From the NCBI RefSeq assembly GCF_001194135.2, contig NC_068995.1, positions 54,978,699 to 55,022,500 on the forward strand: a stretch of DNA of 43,802 nucleotides. Direction: 5' to 3'. The position numbers and the translations under genes are program-made. Shown piece after piece: positions 40,681-43,802 of this stretch. The stretch's first letter is position 1. Each line of letters begins with the position of its first letter. This DNA comes from Octopus bimaculoides. Its lineage: Eukaryota. The notes beneath the pieces are model-generated. The model searched no databases. It had not been told where the DNA came from and was given only the letters and a program-made list of their open reading frames with translations.

Positions 40681-40741
<61 letters not shown>

Positions 40742-40748
40742 GTGTGTG

Positions 40749-40779
<31 letters not shown>

Positions 40780-40833
40780 ATATACACATGCGTGGGCGTG
40801 TGCATGTAGCTTTGTTCGTGCGCGGGAGAGAGA

Positions 40834-40870
<37 letters not shown>
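40681..40870. repeat. Compound (AC)13(AT)8(GT)n microsatellite and following TG-rich repeats
   Basis: Read directly from the sequence. 40689-40740 is a perfect 52-bp palindrome. Confidence 0.95.
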
Positions 40871-40874
<4 letters not shown>

Positions 40875-41418
40875 ATATTTATAAGGTACCGCACAATTGG
40901 TGACAACCAGAAAGTTCAAGGTTGTTAAATATAATTGCTTATTTTCTCAAAGACACGCGTACCCAAATCTAATGCATATTTTCGACGAATAGGAAAGAAC
41001 AGATTTCATAATTTCATAGTCATTGCTAGTAGATTATAGTATCCATTCCCTTTAACACTATATTAGCTACATCTGATATATATATATATACATGTGCTGA
41101 GAAATTGATTTGATATAACAATTCATATATTTAAATATGGTTTCGCAACGGCTATATCTTACCGTAGCTCACTGGAATAATTATGAGTCATTGTTCATCA
41201 TAAAAGCTTTATTTGATAAAACCATAAAAGTGTATATACTTAATTGAAAGTGAAGAATATAAATAACATAATGCATAGGAAATATACCACACTATGGAGG
41301 CATCCTAGATAATATTTCTTGATTATATTATTGTATAATGTAGTTTGTGAAGGTATGTATAAAGTATTGCATATGATTTTCAGAATGAGTTCATGTCTCT
41401 CTAGATAGATATATATAT

Positions 41419-41463
<45 letters not shown>

Positions 41464-41635
41464 NNNNNNNNNNNNNNNNNNNNNNNNNNNNNNNNNNNNN
41501 NNNNNNNNNNNNNNNNNNNNNNNNNNNNNNNNNNNNNNNNNNNNNNNNNNNNNNNNNNNNNNNNNNNNNNNNNNNNNNNNNNNNNNNNNNNNNNNNNNNN
41601 NNNNNNNNNNNNNNNNNNNNNNNNNNNNNNNNNNN

Positions 41636-41685
<50 letters not shown>

Positions 41686-43745
41686 TGTGTGTGCGTGTGT
41701 GTATGTATATGTATATGTAGTGATCGTATGTGAATGTTAATGAATATTAGCTAAAGTTAAAGATAAGTTAGAGATACAGACACAATACACAGTGGCCAAA
41801 GGAACGTGTTATTGGTTGTGGTATTTTTGCGAGAAACGTCTAAGTACCTCAATGCGCATCAATACTTAGTTCATAAACCATATTTATCTCACGGTATAAA
41901 ACAACTTTCATATTATTTTGTGATGGTAGTACTGAATCTAGTCACATAGGAGTCCATAAAGTATATGCATATGTTCCAAGTTCTTTTTATGCATTTCAGT
42001 TGCGTATATACCCATGTCTTGTGTTCGATATTTCAAATGTATAGTTAAATCGTATCTTACATCATTACACAGGATTATTTAAGTAGTTACAGCACGCTAC
42101 AGTAGGAGACAGTGTTTCTTTTCCAGCACATTTAACAATGTCAAAGACATTATATTATTGGAACAACCTCATACAGAAATGGTGCACAATGACACACCTG
42201 CGTGTTCGTGAGTGTAATCATGTTACAAATGCCCAGAAATATTGTCTCCCGCGTTCAACTTCTTCCCGCACCAAATAATTTCTTAAACTGACACCACTCC
42301 TATATATATTTTCCTATATATCACGACTAGAGGGTACTTTTCGCTTTTCGGACACATAGGGTCCTACAATTATCGGATAGTCGTTTACATTGTCAGTTAC
42401 TAGGGAGTGTCTCTAAGGGAGATGGAAATAGCTATCATGAGCTCTGAAGCTAGACGAAAATGGAGGAATCTGGGCATAAAGAAACAGTCTACTAGTGAAG
42501 AGATCGACTATCTTTCATTATCCATTGCTAAGTAGGGAGTTTTGTACAAATATATATAATAATTTGCCAGCACAGTTATTATCAATATAACGTAAAGAAT
42601 AACATATACAGCGCGTGACATACATAAGAGTACACCGGAAACACCCGTGAACATAAATGCTGTTGCTGCGGTACAGCAGCCATGGTTTTCGTATTCTCTT
42701 AAATTTTACCTGAATGGTGTCAAAGCAATTGATTAAACTGCTTTGATTAAACTGATTCATTAAACTGTGACCCATCGAATGTGTGGTATTGTCATGTGTA
42801 TTAAAATTACATATAAAAGCTTGTATCTATATTTAAATTGCCAACGTGGGAACTAATCCAGTGTCTTCGTCATATAGTTGTAACTCGTGATGTTTGCTTT
42901 TTCGTCCTTGAGATTATCTATATATTTTTATTTGAGTCAGCCCAGCTATTCCTTAAGAAATTGTTCTTTCAAGTAGCTGTAGAATGGTAGATACTCCTTT
43001 TCACACATATGCTACCTCGATACACATCATAAAATTACGCGCCATTCTATTTGGTAATAAGTCCTAGACGAGTAATGCATTTCCTGTTTTGGTGATGCGA
43101 CTACATGGTATTGTCTCGCCTAGTTGTTCTTTAATACGCGGCATTTCGTAGAGATCTTTCCCGGGCACTGTCGCGCAGAAAATTGGTCTTTTAAAGAAAA
43201 TATTTACGCTATATATGTGCAATCGATAATGTTCATATGTGTGTGCGTGTGCGTCTGTATGTGTATATGAAAAGGTGCATGTGTGCGTGTCAATATATAA
43301 ATATATGTTCCTGTATCTACACACACACACATACACAAACAGACTGATAAATAAATATAGAGAGAGAGACGGAGAGAGAATAAATGTAATAAGAGGCAAG
43401 TTAGATAAGTCGCTTTACACAGAATATTAAATACTTTAATAGAAAAGATATACAGGTATAAGAATATAAAATAGTCTGAGTTACAGAATATAAAGGATAT
43501 CAGCAGTTAAATGTGTAGTGTTTTACGAGTCCAACAACTACATTGGAGAAATTTATGTCTTGTGAGACGGACTACTTTATATCTATACACAGGTACATTT
43601 CTCGATTAAATGTATCGTAATATTCTTCGTTGATCGACTTCCCTAACCTGCTTCTCATTACATTTACTCATCTACCGTTTCAAGTTCAAATCTCTTGAGC
43701 ACTTCGAAGTGTATTCGAAATAGCGAAAACCTGTCTCTAAACTAC

Positions 43746-43790
<45 letters not shown>

Positions 43791-43802
43791 TTGAATATAT
43801 AT

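Noticed and set aside
1559-41635. Long ORFs of 150-413 aa in the ORF track
   Set aside because: They run through N-gaps or translate TA/TG/CA/GA repeats (YIYI, CVCV, HTHT, ERER), so they carry no coding information.
42729-42767. Three copies of attaaactg at 13-14 nt spacing (homeodomain-site-like TGATTAA)
   Set aside because: Most simply a short slippage duplication, with no independent evidence of a regulatory role.
43064-43200. GC-richer minus-strand ORF tail (KRPIFCATVPGKDLYEMPRIKEQLGE...)
   Set aside because: No recognisable family or clear acceptor, and the upstream part of the ORF is microsatellite.

Overview
AT-rich, microsatellite-dense, non-coding eukaryotic DNA from a gapped short-read assembly. 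It has about 15 N-runs, most flanked by (TA)n. The dispersed tRNA-derived SINE resembles, from memory, the abundant octopus SINE, so a coleoid cephalopod (Octopus-like) source is inferred but not proven. I cannot support any intact protein-coding gene, rRNA, tRNA gene or CRISPR array; most long ORFs in the track are artefacts of N-runs and dinucleotide repeats. What is recognisable: three copies of one SINE, degenerate fragments of R4/Dong-type and RTE-type non-LTR retrotransposons, a decayed Tc1/mariner transposase, and a GGAGTC-rich MITE. The most unusual structures are a near-perfect 77-bp inverted repeat (18056-18224), a pair of overlapping mutually exclusive hairpins (14524-14585), and two hammerhead-ribozyme-like relics of the Penelope-like-element type (7416-7481, 33701-33852). 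I found no convincing novel multi-gene system. All family assignments come from by-eye translation and remembered motifs, not database searches.
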